Assembly (NCBI GenBank): GCA_048885865.1 | Contig: JBHLLF010000001.1 | Coordinates: 141,676 to 205,675 of the forward strand | Origin: Candidatus Hermodarchaeota archaeon | GTDB lineage: Archaea; Asgardarchaeota; Thorarchaeia; Thorarchaeales; Thorarchaeaceae | Reading direction: 5' to 3' | Length of the DNA: 64,000 bases | Shown here: piece after piece, positions 48,864-59,119 of the stretch | How the letters are laid out: each line of letters begins with the position of its first letter | How positions within the stretch are numbered: position 1 is the first letter of the stretch | Notes under the pieces: generated by a model | Told to the model about the DNA's origin: nothing | Seen by the model: only the letters and a program-made list of their open reading frames with translations | Database searches by the model: none | Program-made: the position numbers and the translations under genes

Positions 48864-50261
48864 ATGGATGACCTTCAGGAAAATGTCGCAGCAGAGCCCG
48901 TAATACAAGAGAAGGCTGAGGAAGACGATGTTTCAGCTTTATCTTGGTGGCAATCAGTCAAGAAGGTCTTAAGCAATCGAAATTGGGCTATCTATCTTGG
49001 GACAGTTTGGATCTACAGTAGTATGAATGTGCTGAACCAGTACTTCACTCTCTATTTCCGTGATATTGGTGTATCATACATCATGGTTGGCATCGTAATC
49101 TCACTTATGTTTGTAGTGAACATGATTGGCACAACATTCTCTGGATATATAGCAGATAACTTCGACCGTCGGAAACTCTCAGGAATAACCTTGACGATCA
49201 ATGGAATCGCATTCATCATGCTTTCTTTTGCAACAGAGATTATTGCAATAGTTATTGCAATCCTAATCTTTGGATTTTCTTCTTTCACTAGCACCGGTGG
49301 ACAAGCTTATAGTATGGAACAGATTGACAGAAGACTGGGTGGAGTCGCAAATAGCCTGTTCACTTTAGGTACAACTTGGGGTCTGGTGCCGCTGTTCGTT
49401 GTAACAATCTTGTTGGACATTGGGACTCCATTTGTCGCTGTAATGCAGATGCTGATGTTTGCGGCAGGGATTCTGTTTCTGATCTCTGCGCTCATTAGGT
49501 TCACCGTGTTGAAATCTCTTCCAAGACCGGAACGGATCAAGAAGGAAGGCAATATTCTGCGGGACTTTCTTAGCGAAAATGTACGCGGCCTGAAGCTCCT
49601 GTTCAAGGTTTTTCCCGTATTCGTCCTTATAATCGGTTTAGATGCTTTTAGTGACTCCTTCTATAGGTTCGCGAGTTGGTATTTTGTCAATGAGACTCTC
49701 TCATTCTCAATAGGTGAGATCAATCTCATGATTTTGGTAACCCTTGCATTCTCAGTACCATTGACGCTATATCTCGGTCGTGTATTCGACCAGAGAGGAG
49801 GAAGGGAGCTTACAATTGCTGTCTACGCTGTTATGCCCATAGCGGTTGGCCTTCTAGTGCTAGCTGTGCAAGTGCCCTATATAGCTCCTATTGAGTGGCT
49901 GGTTGCAGCTGACAATGTGTTTCCAGGTCTAAGCGTAGTCTTCTCACTAGCCTTCATTGCTACAGCTTTGAAGACTATCAATGATACCCTATGGTTCTCC
50001 ATCCTTGGCACCTACATCCTGAAATCACTACCTCGGCCAGATTTGGGGAAGATGCTGAGCTTGACTATGGTCGTTGTATTCCTATTCATCTCAGTCGGTC
50101 CAATTCCTGCTGGATTCATCTACGATGCATTTCAGGGCCTCCCACTGCTTCTCTCAGTAATAGCTATCAATGTGTGTATTCTCATAGTGCTCATTACTAG
50201 GAGCATTGAGCCAAGAATTGATGTTGAAGAGCTAGAACGTGAGCCCAATCTGCAAGTCTAG
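48864..50261 (+). CDS. MFS transporter
   Basis: GYIADNFDRRK and GRVFDQRGGR motif A in both halves; about 12 TM. Confidence 0.88.
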   Translation: MDDLQENVAAEPVIQEKAEEDDVSALSWWQSVKKVLSNRNWAIYLGTVWIYSSMNVLNQYFTLYFRDIGVSYIMVGIVISLMFVVNMIGTTFSGYIADNFDRRKLSGITLTINGIAFIMLSFATEIIAIVIAILIFGFSSFTSTGGQAYSMEQIDRRLGGVANSLFTLGTTWGLVPLFVVTILLDIGTPFVAVMQMLMFAAGILFLISALIRFTVLKSLPRPERIKKEGNILRDFLSENVRGLKLLFKVFPVFVLIIGLDAFSDSFYRFASWYFVNETLSFSIGEINLMILVTLAFSVPLTLYLGRVFDQRGGRELTIAVYAVMPIAVGLLVLAVQVPYIAPIEWLVAADNVFPGLSVVFSLAFIATALKTINDTLWFSILGTYILKSLPRPDLGKMLSLTMVVVFLFISVGPIPAGFIYDAFQGLPLLLSVIAINVCILIVLITRSIEPRIDVEELEREPNLQV

Positions 50262-50305
50262 CCTGTCCGGAAGGAATATGATGGAGGAATTGTTTACCTC
50301 TTCTT

Positions 50306-51355
50306 GTGATGAAGATGTCAGATACACTGACCGTTGGAACAGCGGAAGCAAAGAGAGGAGAATTGGCAAGGGGTGTCATTAAAGGTATTGAACTCAATAC
50401 ATCTGACCGAATTGACATCCCTGTTCTGGTGATGAATGGCACCCGGGATGGACCGACACTTTTGGTGGTATCAACACAGCATGGCATTGAGATACAAGGA
50501 ATTGAGGTCATACACCAGGTCATGCGTGAGAGAGTGAATCCAAAGCAGCTGCGAGGTGCTATCATAGGAATTCCTGTGGAGAACCCTCTGGCATACATGC
50601 ATCACCAATATTTGTCTTGGATTGACAATCAGGACCTCGGAGGTGGAGGAAGTGCAAGTCCACTCACAGCAGACAAGCCTGATGGTACAGCGACTGAACG
50701 CCTCGCTCACGCCCTATGGACTGAAGCATGGTCCAAGGCAGATATGGTAATTAATATTCACTGCAACACCCGCCCTGATTCTCTCATCTTTCAAGAAATC
50801 CTGGTTGGAAATCCCAAGACCAAAGATGCCCTGTGGAAGATGGCAAAGGCATTTGGAGTCACTACTATTGTTGATGAAACCCCCTTCGAAGAGGATTCAC
50901 CACCAACTCTTGCGAATCTAGTTGCCAAGAAAGGAGTTCCTGACCTTCTTATGGAACTCATTGATGGAAGATGGATATCTGAGCCTTCAACCACCGCAGG
51001 TGTGAGAGGGGTCCTCAACATCATGAAAGCCTTCGATATGCTGGATGGCGAAATCGAACCTCAGGAGGGCTTTCCCATCATCAAAGGTGCATGCAAGTGG
51101 GAGGGCATCTTGCGGGCTAATAGAGGCGGGCTGATACGCCTTCTGAGGGCACCCGGGGAGTTCCTGAAGAAAGGGGAGAAGTTTGCTGAGATATACGATC
51201 TATATGGAGATGTTCTCGAGGAGGTCACCATACCTATTGATGGCTACATATGGGCATATCCATGTGGTGACATTCTTGGCACACCTGGATCGATGCAGAC
51301 CGTGCAGACTGGAGCAAACATCGCCTACTACTTCACTAGTTCGGAGCAGAAGTAG
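50306..51355 (+). CDS. Succinylglutamate desuccinylase/aspartoacylase (M14-like) family protein
   Basis: GPTL...QHGIEIQG, INIH, catalytic ME, C-terminal lipoyl-like domain. Confidence 0.85.
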   Translation: MMKMSDTLTVGTAEAKRGELARGVIKGIELNTSDRIDIPVLVMNGTRDGPTLLVVSTQHGIEIQGIEVIHQVMRERVNPKQLRGAIIGIPVENPLAYMHHQYLSWIDNQDLGGGGSASPLTADKPDGTATERLAHALWTEAWSKADMVINIHCNTRPDSLIFQEILVGNPKTKDALWKMAKAFGVTTIVDETPFEEDSPPTLANLVAKKGVPDLLMELIDGRWISEPSTTAGVRGVLNIMKAFDMLDGEIEPQEGFPIIKGACKWEGILRANRGGLIRLLRAPGEFLKKGEKFAEIYDLYGDVLEEVTIPIDGYIWAYPCGDILGTPGSMQTVQTGANIAYYFTSSEQK

Positions 51356-51400
51356 GAGAGAACCACTCGAGTTCTCTCCCATTCAATGAGCAATCGTTTA

Positions 51401-52222
51401 TCAAATGCTGTTATGTTTCTCTTTTTTTGCTGAAACAATGATTGAGTTGGGAAAGATCTGGTTAGTATCAATAAATGGATAATAGGGATCCTTGGACTCA
51501 CGATAGGGCATAGCCTCTGGGGGCACTGCTTCAATTTCCTTCCGATTGTACCCTCTTGGTTCATAGATGCCTTCGATTCTGAGCCCTGCAAAAATCAGAC
51601 CGTTGATTATCTGGCCTAGACGCCAACCTGTGGACTCGAAGGTAGCTATGGACTCTCCATCATAGTCCGTCCAATCCCAGATCTCTCGCTCGTCCTTGAA
51701 GTAATTGACTATCTTTGAGAGGTCATTGAGCTCCATCGCCTCACCGAATACGAGCCAAATTGGATGACTCATACATGTCACAAATCTGCCACCAACTCTA
51801 AGTACTCGTGAGCATTCATTGAAGACCTTCTGAATATCAGACACATAATTCATGGCATGCATTGATACAATTAGATCGAAGGTGGCATCCTCAAGAACAG
51901 ACATGTCCTCCATATCACTCTTGATGAAGCTAACATCAACGCCAACGCTGTCTGCAACTCGCCTAGCATACTCAAGCTGTTTGTCTGATTGGTCTAGTCC
52001 AACCACAGACTTGGCACCCCATTTGGCCAGTACAATGCTGTTCTGGCCTCCTCCACAGCCGACCTCAAGAACATCAAGTCCTTTCACGTTTCCAATTATT
52101 CCAAGCTCACGTTCTCCTGGGCCATAGGCATTGTAATGGATATTTTCCAGCGAGATTATCTGAGCAGCCTGGTAGTGGTCAGACAACTTGTCCCATGACT
52201 CTTCATTGCGTTTATTGGACAT
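51401..52222 (-). CDS. Class I SAM-dependent methyltransferase
   Basis: VLEVGCGGGQ, RVLRVGG; start moved to MSNKRN. Confidence 0.9.
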   Translation of the reverse strand: MSNKRNEESWDKLSDHYQAAQIISLENIHYNAYGPGERELGIIGNVKGLDVLEVGCGGGQNSIVLAKWGAKSVVGLDQSDKQLEYARRVADSVGVDVSFIKSDMEDMSVLEDATFDLIVSMHAMNYVSDIQKVFNECSRVLRVGGRFVTCMSHPIWLVFGEAMELNDLSKIVNYFKDEREIWDWTDYDGESIATFESTGWRLGQIINGLIFAGLRIEGIYEPRGYNRKEIEAVPPEAMPYRESKDPYYPFIDTNQIFPNSIIVSAKKEKHNSI

Positions 52223-52311
52223 TGTGGTCCCTTCCAATGGGTCTCTTCGTTCGCAGAATTCGCGAAGAAATATATTCTTCGCCGTCAACGCTGCCTGAGC
52301 ACAGCAAGAAG

Positions 52312-53241
52312 GTGGTTCTGCTGGATACAATAGACAAGAAACTCATACTAGAACTCGATGAGAATTGCAGAGCGACATTCCAAGAGCTTGCGCATAAGCT
52401 TGGGATGACTGCAAATGCAGTTAGGAAAAGAGTCACGAAACTTGTCGAACAAGGTGTCATAGAGGAATTTGTTGTCATTATGAGGCCAGCAATGACTGGA
52501 GCTGAATTTCTTCTTGCTCTTCTCCACACTGATGGTCTTGAAGATGATGAGGCGCTCCTTAAGGAGATGGGTGATTATCCCGGAGTGGTCCAGACTGGCT
52601 TGATCGCATCTGTCAAAGGGCGTACATATCTAGTGTTCGCAGAATATATCGGAGCTGCTGGATTGATGGACCTGCGGAAGTTTCTTTGTGGTCTTGAATC
52701 AGTACAAGAAGTCGAGCTGCATACCCTTCTCAGACAAAAGGGCACAAAAATCGAGCTGAGCAAGCTGCATCTGAGAGTCCTGCGACAGTTAATAGAAGAT
52801 GCCAGAATGTCTATCACGGATATAGCAAACAATACCGGGCTTTCAGCAAAGAGAGTTAGAAGGGCATTATCAGACATCACGGAGAGTGGTGCGTTCTGGC
52901 TTGCAGCTAGATGGAATCTAAGTGCTGGAGAGGATACGGAGTTTTACGCCAGGATTGAGATTGACGAACGGGTGGCGGATAGAGAAGCTGTGGATGAATA
53001 TTTGCGATCCAATCATCCTAGTGAGTATTGGCTATCATTTCATTCAGCCATTGAGCCAACGGTATTTGCGAAATTCGTTACAGAGCATTTCAGGGAATCA
53101 GATGAAATTGCAAAGGCATTGAAGAATGCACCATTTGTCAAATCGATTGACGTGCTAATTTGCTATCCTGTGTATAAGTTCGAAAGACTGAGTCAGCTAA
53201 TGCTCAAAGAGAAGCTGACTGAAGCTGGACTCTGGCCCTAG
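52312..53241 (+). CDS. Tandem Lrp/AsnC-family transcriptional regulator
   Basis: LDTIDKKLILELDENCR..HTH and a second EDARMSITDIA HTH. Confidence 0.88.
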   Translation: MVLLDTIDKKLILELDENCRATFQELAHKLGMTANAVRKRVTKLVEQGVIEEFVVIMRPAMTGAEFLLALLHTDGLEDDEALLKEMGDYPGVVQTGLIASVKGRTYLVFAEYIGAAGLMDLRKFLCGLESVQEVELHTLLRQKGTKIELSKLHLRVLRQLIEDARMSITDIANNTGLSAKRVRRALSDITESGAFWLAARWNLSAGEDTEFYARIEIDERVADREAVDEYLRSNHPSEYWLSFHSAIEPTVFAKFVTEHFRESDEIAKALKNAPFVKSIDVLICYPVYKFERLSQLMLKEKLTEAGLWP

Positions 53242-53291
53242 AATCACTAGATATATCTAGTTCATTTTCTCCTTCTTGTTGTTTCAAGTGG

Positions 53292-54131
53292 GTGAGTTCC
53301 ATGATGTTAGATATTCACAAACTGCGAAGCGAGTTTGGTGAAAAACACAGTCTTTTGACTACTTCTGATGGTGTCACTCTTTTCATTAGGGAGTGGGAAC
53401 CTGAGGGTCAACCCAGAAGCACCGCCATTCTCATTCTCCATGGAATTACCGCCTACAGCGGTCCCTATAGCGAGATTGCGACACCGTTCGCTTCAAGGGG
53501 CTTTGCGGTCTTCGGAATGGACCTCCGAGGCCATGGTCTTTCTGACGGAAATAGAGGTGACACTCCTGGGAGAGAGAGATACGTGAAGGATCTCTGCGAA
53601 GCAATTGCATTCGTGAAGGAACGGCATCCCAGCATTGTTATTCTAGGACATAGTCTCGGTGTTCTTTCGTCTATCTTGGCAATGAGTGCGTGCATCAACC
53701 AGATTGATGGTGCGATATTTCTCAGTGCGGCAAGAGATACACGGCCGGGAGTTTATCCCTCCATAGGTGGGGCGCAGAAGCTGAAGATTCTTCTTAGCTC
53801 AATTTTCTTTCCAAGCAGGCCTGTTATGGAGTATCGTCGGGAGGGAATGGTAGGGCTGGAAGATCCCTTGTTTACATTCAGCTACACACTTCGTTTTATG
53901 AGAACAACAGTCTTGTCGGACTTCAGCTTTCCTTCTGAGATGCCATTCCCTGTTCTCGTAGCTATAGGAAACGAGGACGAGCTATTTGCAGTCGATGCTG
54001 CCAGAGCCCTATTCGAGGAGATTCCATCAAAGACCAAGGAGTTCCTAGTTGCTGAAGGTGCCAGGCATGCAGTTTTTCCAAAAGGCTGTTTGAATCCTAT
54101 ATTCGAATGGGCTGATTCCACATTCAAGTAG
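53292..54131 (+). CDS. Alpha/beta hydrolase (lysophospholipase-like)
   Basis: LHG, DLRGHGLS, GHSLG nucleophile, terminal H. Confidence 0.9.
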   Translation: MSSMMLDIHKLRSEFGEKHSLLTTSDGVTLFIREWEPEGQPRSTAILILHGITAYSGPYSEIATPFASRGFAVFGMDLRGHGLSDGNRGDTPGRERYVKDLCEAIAFVKERHPSIVILGHSLGVLSSILAMSACINQIDGAIFLSAARDTRPGVYPSIGGAQKLKILLSSIFFPSRPVMEYRREGMVGLEDPLFTFSYTLRFMRTTVLSDFSFPSEMPFPVLVAIGNEDELFAVDAARALFEEIPSKTKEFLVAEGARHAVFPKGCLNPIFEWADSTFK

Positions 54132-54741
54132 GTTGGAAGTTCCTCTTCTGGAATGTATTAATGACAAGCAAACCAACGAAAAGGAGTGAGCCAAAGACGG
54201 TGAACCACTCAACAAGTGGACCACCAAAGAATATCTGAAAACCTAATGTTAGGAAGTCAATCGAAATCCCATAGACCGCAATCAGTTTCCAGAAATCTGA
54301 ATTTAGTACAAGTGCGAGGTTGACAATTAATAGCACAAAGAAGTTCAAGAGAAAGAAAGTTGAGGACGCCACCATATGAGGAGTCCCCTGGTCCTCCGAA
54401 AACACTCCTATCAATATGAGAGCCACTGCAGAGCAGAGTCCAATAACTTGACCTGTGATGAGAGGCACCTTTTGATACAGACGATCTGTATGCCATTGAT
54501 AGAATCCGATGTAGAAAGGAAATAGAGCGATACCTGTTAGAATGCAGCCAATATTGTAGAAATAGGCACCAAATGGGCTATAGTTGAAGTTTCCAAGACG
54601 ACTAAGATAGTGTGTGGATGGGCCATAGCTATCCGGATAGAATCCCCATGAGATGAATGTGAATGCTATATAGAGAATGATTACTAAACAGCCACCAATC
54701 GTCAGTAGTGGCCATTTCGACAAAATATGCTTCATTAGCAA
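54124..54741 (-). CDS. DUF998/Frag1-like membrane protein
   Basis: HYLSRLG, LIGVFSED, PH, VEW. Confidence 0.7.
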   Translation of the reverse strand: MLMKHILSKWPLLTIGGCLVIILYIAFTFISWGFYPDSYGPSTHYLSRLGNFNYSPFGAYFYNIGCILTGIALFPFYIGFYQWHTDRLYQKVPLITGQVIGLCSAVALILIGVFSEDQGTPHMVASSTFFLLNFFVLLIVNLALVLNSDFWKLIAVYGISIDFLTLGFQIFFGGPLVEWFTVFGSLLFVGLLVINTFQKRNFQPT

Positions 54742-54830
54742 ATCCTCTCAAGAGGAGGTGTACTGCCTCCTCTTAAGGCCTCGGCAGAGGGAATTACAGC
54801 GACCACTACTGCCACACTCTATGAATTCAT

Positions 54831-55937
54831 CTATTCATTTGGAGGTGGATACTGCGCTACAATAGGCTCATCATCCTCAATGCCCATCTCGCTAACTATG
54901 TCATTGGGATAGACGTCCATCTTGGACCTTAGCGCAATCATGATGCCATCATGTTCTGTGCGAATGAAGCCATCTCCAATAGGCCTGCCATGGATATCGG
55001 TAATCTTGGCGATGGGGTCTCCAGCCTTCACAAGATCACCAGGATTAACCAGAAGCTTAACAATCCCAGATTCAGGCGCACGTGGATGCTCAATTCTCCT
55101 GACTCGATATGGAGGCTTTTTGATACCAAAATCGGATATCTCCTCCATTGGGCTATCTAGCATACCTGCCCATCTCAGGACATTTCGTGTAGCCTTAATT
55201 GATTCAGCAACAATCTCCGGAACAAGTACATTATTACTTCCCAGCTCTACAGTAAATGCCGGTCTTCGCAGAGAATTAAGTACGGCACCAGAAGCAGAAC
55301 GATGATATTTCAAATTGATATACTTCTTGGCAGGAAAGTCAGCTGATCCGACCATTCCGAACGCTTCGACCATGGCCTTCTGCTGTTCTGCCAGTTTCTC
55401 AGCTTCTTCTTTGTCTGAGTCATCTTTGTAAAAGATACGATCGAGAATCGAGTAGGGTATTGATCTTAACGTATGATTATGGAAGTCAAGATGATAATCG
55501 GCATACTTATCGTAATAGTCATAGAGCTTCTTTGCGACCTGCTCATAGGGCTTTGGATACTGCTTGTCTTCGTCATCTTCTTCCTTTTTAGCAAACCTCC
55601 CCTCTGGGAATGTTCTGTTGGGATCCCTCTCGTCGTAATCTGGGTATCGTGCATAGCGACGAAAGCCCGCTGGATTCTGTGTGGGAATAGCCACAACTGT
55701 CCCCTTCAGTGATTTGGCCAAGTCTATGGTCATCACTTCATGAATGATTGCGATTCCAGTCAGCTCATTTCCATGAATATTCGCCGTCAAGAAGAAGGTA
55801 GGACCATCCTCGGTTCCCTGTGCGATTATCACTGGTATCTGATCAACAATCCCGGTTGGCAAATCCATGGCGTCAATATGCCCGTAGGTGAGCTTGCCAG
55901 GTTCGCTCTTCGCGGTTCCTATCGTTATGGATTTCAT
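54831..55937 (-). CDS. Succinylglutamate desuccinylase/aspartoacylase family protein
   Basis: IHGNELTG, DPNRTFP, LDFH, TVELG. Confidence 0.88.
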   Translation of the reverse strand: MKSITIGTAKSEPGKLTYGHIDAMDLPTGIVDQIPVIIAQGTEDGPTFFLTANIHGNELTGIAIIHEVMTIDLAKSLKGTVVAIPTQNPAGFRRYARYPDYDERDPNRTFPEGRFAKKEEDDEDKQYPKPYEQVAKKLYDYYDKYADYHLDFHNHTLRSIPYSILDRIFYKDDSDKEEAEKLAEQQKAMVEAFGMVGSADFPAKKYINLKYHRSASGAVLNSLRRPAFTVELGSNNVLVPEIVAESIKATRNVLRWAGMLDSPMEEISDFGIKKPPYRVRRIEHPRAPESGIVKLLVNPGDLVKAGDPIAKITDIHGRPIGDGFIRTEHDGIMIALRSKMDVYPNDIVSEMGIEDDEPIVAQYPPPNE

Positions 55938-56036
55938 TGTAGAATCACGAGAACAGGTCAATCTATGGGAGTCTTTAATCCATCGAAATGCACCACTGTA
56001 GTTAGCTATATCAGCAATCAGCCAAGATATTGAAGC

Positions 56037-57188
56037 ATGACTTCATCCATCGATCGATTGCGGGCTTTAGACGTAGGAAGCTTCCCATTGGATGCGGATA
56101 TGTCGAGGTATATCGAGGGAGCAAGGATGATCGAGAATGATCCAGAAGCTGAGCATGAGGATGTATCCTACTTCGTGGCTAAACACAATGAAGCTTTTCG
56201 ATTAAAGGCCGACGCAATGGGACCGTATGCATCTGTCACAGGCTTTGCTCAGAGCAGAGGGATGATTGCTCAGTATCTTGAACCACTTTTCATGGAAGCG
56301 ACTGGAGAGACGAACCTGAAATCTGACAAGATTCTCACCAAGTCAAATGCTCAGAGAGTAGCTGCAGAAATCGCAACAGGGCAGCTCTCTTTGGATGCGA
56401 TCCCCACTAGAGTTGCTGAAGTCGTTGCACTTGAGATAGGAGCTGAGTGGCTGAGCGAGGCACTTGCAGTAAGCAAGATATCATACAAGGCATCAATCAC
56501 AGGGCCTTTGGAACTCACCATGAACCTGCAGAGGCTTGCAGGCTTTCCTCGTGGTTATGATGTGAAATTAATGGACTTTTTTTCGGACTTAGTTGAGAAA
56601 TATGTGAAGGGAGCATTAGTTTCCTCAAGGCACCTAAGACCAGAAGTCATCACATTGGATGATCCTTCCTTTGGCCTCGAGGGGCTAGCTGATTTCTTTA
56701 CAGATACGAAAAGTGATGAATCACTTAATCATATGATTTCATGCTGGGACAGAATATACGCCAACGTGCCACGTAACGTATACAGAGGATTGCATCTCCA
56801 CACCTCCCCCTTCGAACATCTATTTCCTGCAGGCTGGAATCTTCTTGAAGCACATGTTGGCGTCTATGTCAATCCAGAGTGGCTTGTAGAAAATGACAAG
56901 TATCTTCGTGCAGCAATCATGAGAACTGATGGTCCTTCATTCCCTTCAGATGCTGATTTGAAGGCTGCATGGAATGAAATAAAGGAAGGAAGATTTGAGA
57001 AGTACCTTCAGACTGAATCAGAGATGAGACGCTATCTTGATGAAAATCTGGAGCTTTATGGTTCAGAAAGAGTTCCATTTGCAGGACCTGAATGTGGTGT
57101 GGGGCCATGGGATTGGAAATACGGGGCTGAAATGGCGTTATCTAATCTCAGGACCGTGAAGAGAGTCGTGTCAACTTCACAAAGCTAA
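56037..57188 (+). CDS. Divergent MetE/UROD-like TIM-barrel protein
   Basis: DVGSFP, KASITGPL, LDDPS, GPECG. Confidence 0.55.
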   Translation: MTSSIDRLRALDVGSFPLDADMSRYIEGARMIENDPEAEHEDVSYFVAKHNEAFRLKADAMGPYASVTGFAQSRGMIAQYLEPLFMEATGETNLKSDKILTKSNAQRVAAEIATGQLSLDAIPTRVAEVVALEIGAEWLSEALAVSKISYKASITGPLELTMNLQRLAGFPRGYDVKLMDFFSDLVEKYVKGALVSSRHLRPEVITLDDPSFGLEGLADFFTDTKSDESLNHMISCWDRIYANVPRNVYRGLHLHTSPFEHLFPAGWNLLEAHVGVYVNPEWLVENDKYLRAAIMRTDGPSFPSDADLKAAWNEIKEGRFEKYLQTESEMRRYLDENLELYGSERVPFAGPECGVGPWDWKYGAEMALSNLRTVKRVVSTSQS

Positions 57189-57252
57189 GAAGTCCTGTGA
57201 GGAAGATATACTTCCCTTTTCAAGTCACCAACTTACATGGAAATAGAGATGA

Positions 57253-57275
57253 ATGGCTCCCAGTATGGGAGCCAT
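57253..57275. terminator. Hairpin between convergent genes
   Basis: ATGGCTCCCA-GTA-TGGGAGCCAT, perfect 10-bp stem. Confidence 0.6.
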
Positions 57276-57335
57276 CCAATCAGTTCAGATTCTATGGAAT
57301 AATCGAACTCAATGCAAATTCATTCATGTCTTAGG

Positions 57336-58991
57336 TCAATTCATATTGTCAGCTTGAACCCACACAAAGTCTTGACCCTGTATCGGCGTTCCTCCCGCAT
57401 CCTCTTTGAGATTGCCTGTGACAATCAAAGCAACAGAACTTCCCTTGAAGTCAGCCAGGCTAAGTGCAATTACGACCTCTTGAGTGTCGAAGTGCAGGAC
57501 AAGATCCAGATACGTATCAGGACCCTCTTCATGTCCACCACCTTCTTCTCCGTCATAGGGCGTCGCTACATCCTCATAGCTCCAGCGCAGTGGAGCAACT
57601 CCATCTTCAACACCCTCAATCGTAAGTCGAATGCTGGCGGGATCAATGGTCGTGACATCGAAGTCCTCCAAGCCACAAATAGCTAGAGGCATGACACCCT
57701 TGCTCTCAGTGTTTATTGGGTTGGGCCAAGATTCTGGTTTGATGTCAACGAAGACTGTTATCACCGGTGGCGGTGGAGCTACTCTTTCTAGAGTAAGAAG
57801 TGCCCATATGGTAGAGAGGACTTCACCAGACCAGCGACCTACATAGGTGGGATAGGCATAACATGGGGAAGTAGCCCAATGACCGTCCGGATATTGCTGG
57901 CTCACAAGCACTTCAGCAAATTCCTGATACCAGTCATGTTCTGGTGTGTCATCAAGATCAAGATCGATAAGCTCTATTTGGCTATATTCAAACCCTTTCA
58001 TCAGACAGTACATTGCCTGATAGTATGCTGGTGTTTGGAGGTAGCCCCATCCCGCATGATAGTTCGCCTGTTGCCAATTCCGTTCAACCCAATCCATTGC
58101 CTTAATGAAACGTGTAGAAGTCGTTTCATCCCTGCAGAATGTCATCTCGAAGATAAGATTGCCAGTTTTTAGTTGGTTGACCCAGGCCGAAGGGGCGTGA
58201 TACCCAGAACCACCATCTTGATCATCAGGCCATGGGCCATCATCTCCTGGACCATCATCATTTTGGATGTAATCAATCCAGATGCTGAGCTCATCCTTCA
58301 CCCATTGTCGAATTGTACAACCAAATCCCTCTGCAGCTGCAAGCCCCAGCACAGCATATCCCGAAATGGAGTTGTCACCGCGGCCAGAAATATAGTAGCT
58401 CCATGCACCTCTCTGAGGGCCCGAATCAAGCTGAGCGACATCAAGCCACTCAACGACGTCTTGAGCTATCTGACCAAAGGTGTCGACAGATGAATCACCA
58501 TCGAAATCTATTCCGGATTCTTTTCCTGGTGCTTTGCTAGCTGCAAGGGCCATTAGGGTGATACCAGTACTATAGACATAGCTTGAGAAATCCTTCAAGC
58601 AATTTATTCCGATACCATTCTCATTCAAGTCTTCAACATAACCGGTTAAGTCCATGGTTGATAGACGACCGAACAAGTAATCCCATCCATCGTTGACGTT
58701 GGCAGCATATTCATAGTAGTCAGGCTCTGTTTCAGTTTCTTGAAATGGATTCTTTCCTAGCTCATACGCTCGATCCTGCAGTTTGATAAGCACGAATGCA
58801 GTGATCGCTTCAACTGGCATATCGGCTGAATGCCAAGAACCATCAGGATACTGCTGTACCACGAGCCAATCCAGTCCTAACTCTATGGCATCTTCGATTT
58901 CAACCTCAGTTGCTGCTGCGGCCATCTGAATAGGTAAGGCGTAGGCGAACAGGAGTAGCACTACAAGTACTCCACACAAATACTTCTTCAT
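57336..58991 (-). CDS. Secreted prenyltransferase/squalene-cyclase (QW) repeat alpha/alpha-barrel protein with C-terminal beta domain
   Basis: Signal peptide; QQYPDGSW and QQYPDGHW repeats; C-terminal VDIKPESWPNPIN domain. Confidence 0.75.
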   Translation of the reverse strand: MKKYLCGVLVVLLLFAYALPIQMAAAATEVEIEDAIELGLDWLVVQQYPDGSWHSADMPVEAITAFVLIKLQDRAYELGKNPFQETETEPDYYEYAANVNDGWDYLFGRLSTMDLTGYVEDLNENGIGINCLKDFSSYVYSTGITLMALAASKAPGKESGIDFDGDSSVDTFGQIAQDVVEWLDVAQLDSGPQRGAWSYYISGRGDNSISGYAVLGLAAAEGFGCTIRQWVKDELSIWIDYIQNDDGPGDDGPWPDDQDGGSGYHAPSAWVNQLKTGNLIFEMTFCRDETTSTRFIKAMDWVERNWQQANYHAGWGYLQTPAYYQAMYCLMKGFEYSQIELIDLDLDDTPEHDWYQEFAEVLVSQQYPDGHWATSPCYAYPTYVGRWSGEVLSTIWALLTLERVAPPPPVITVFVDIKPESWPNPINTESKGVMPLAICGLEDFDVTTIDPASIRLTIEGVEDGVAPLRWSYEDVATPYDGEEGGGHEEGPDTYLDLVLHFDTQEVVIALSLADFKGSSVALIVTGNLKEDAGGTPIQGQDFVWVQADNMN

Positions 58992-59119
58992 TCTCTCTCC
59001 TCCTTTATTGGCATGCAAGAAAACAAAGAATAGTGGCGTTTGTCTAGCCTCAATGCGAATTACGCCAAACTATCTTTTGAACTTCTAAAAAAGCGTTTCC
59101 ATAAACTGGGTGGAAACCT

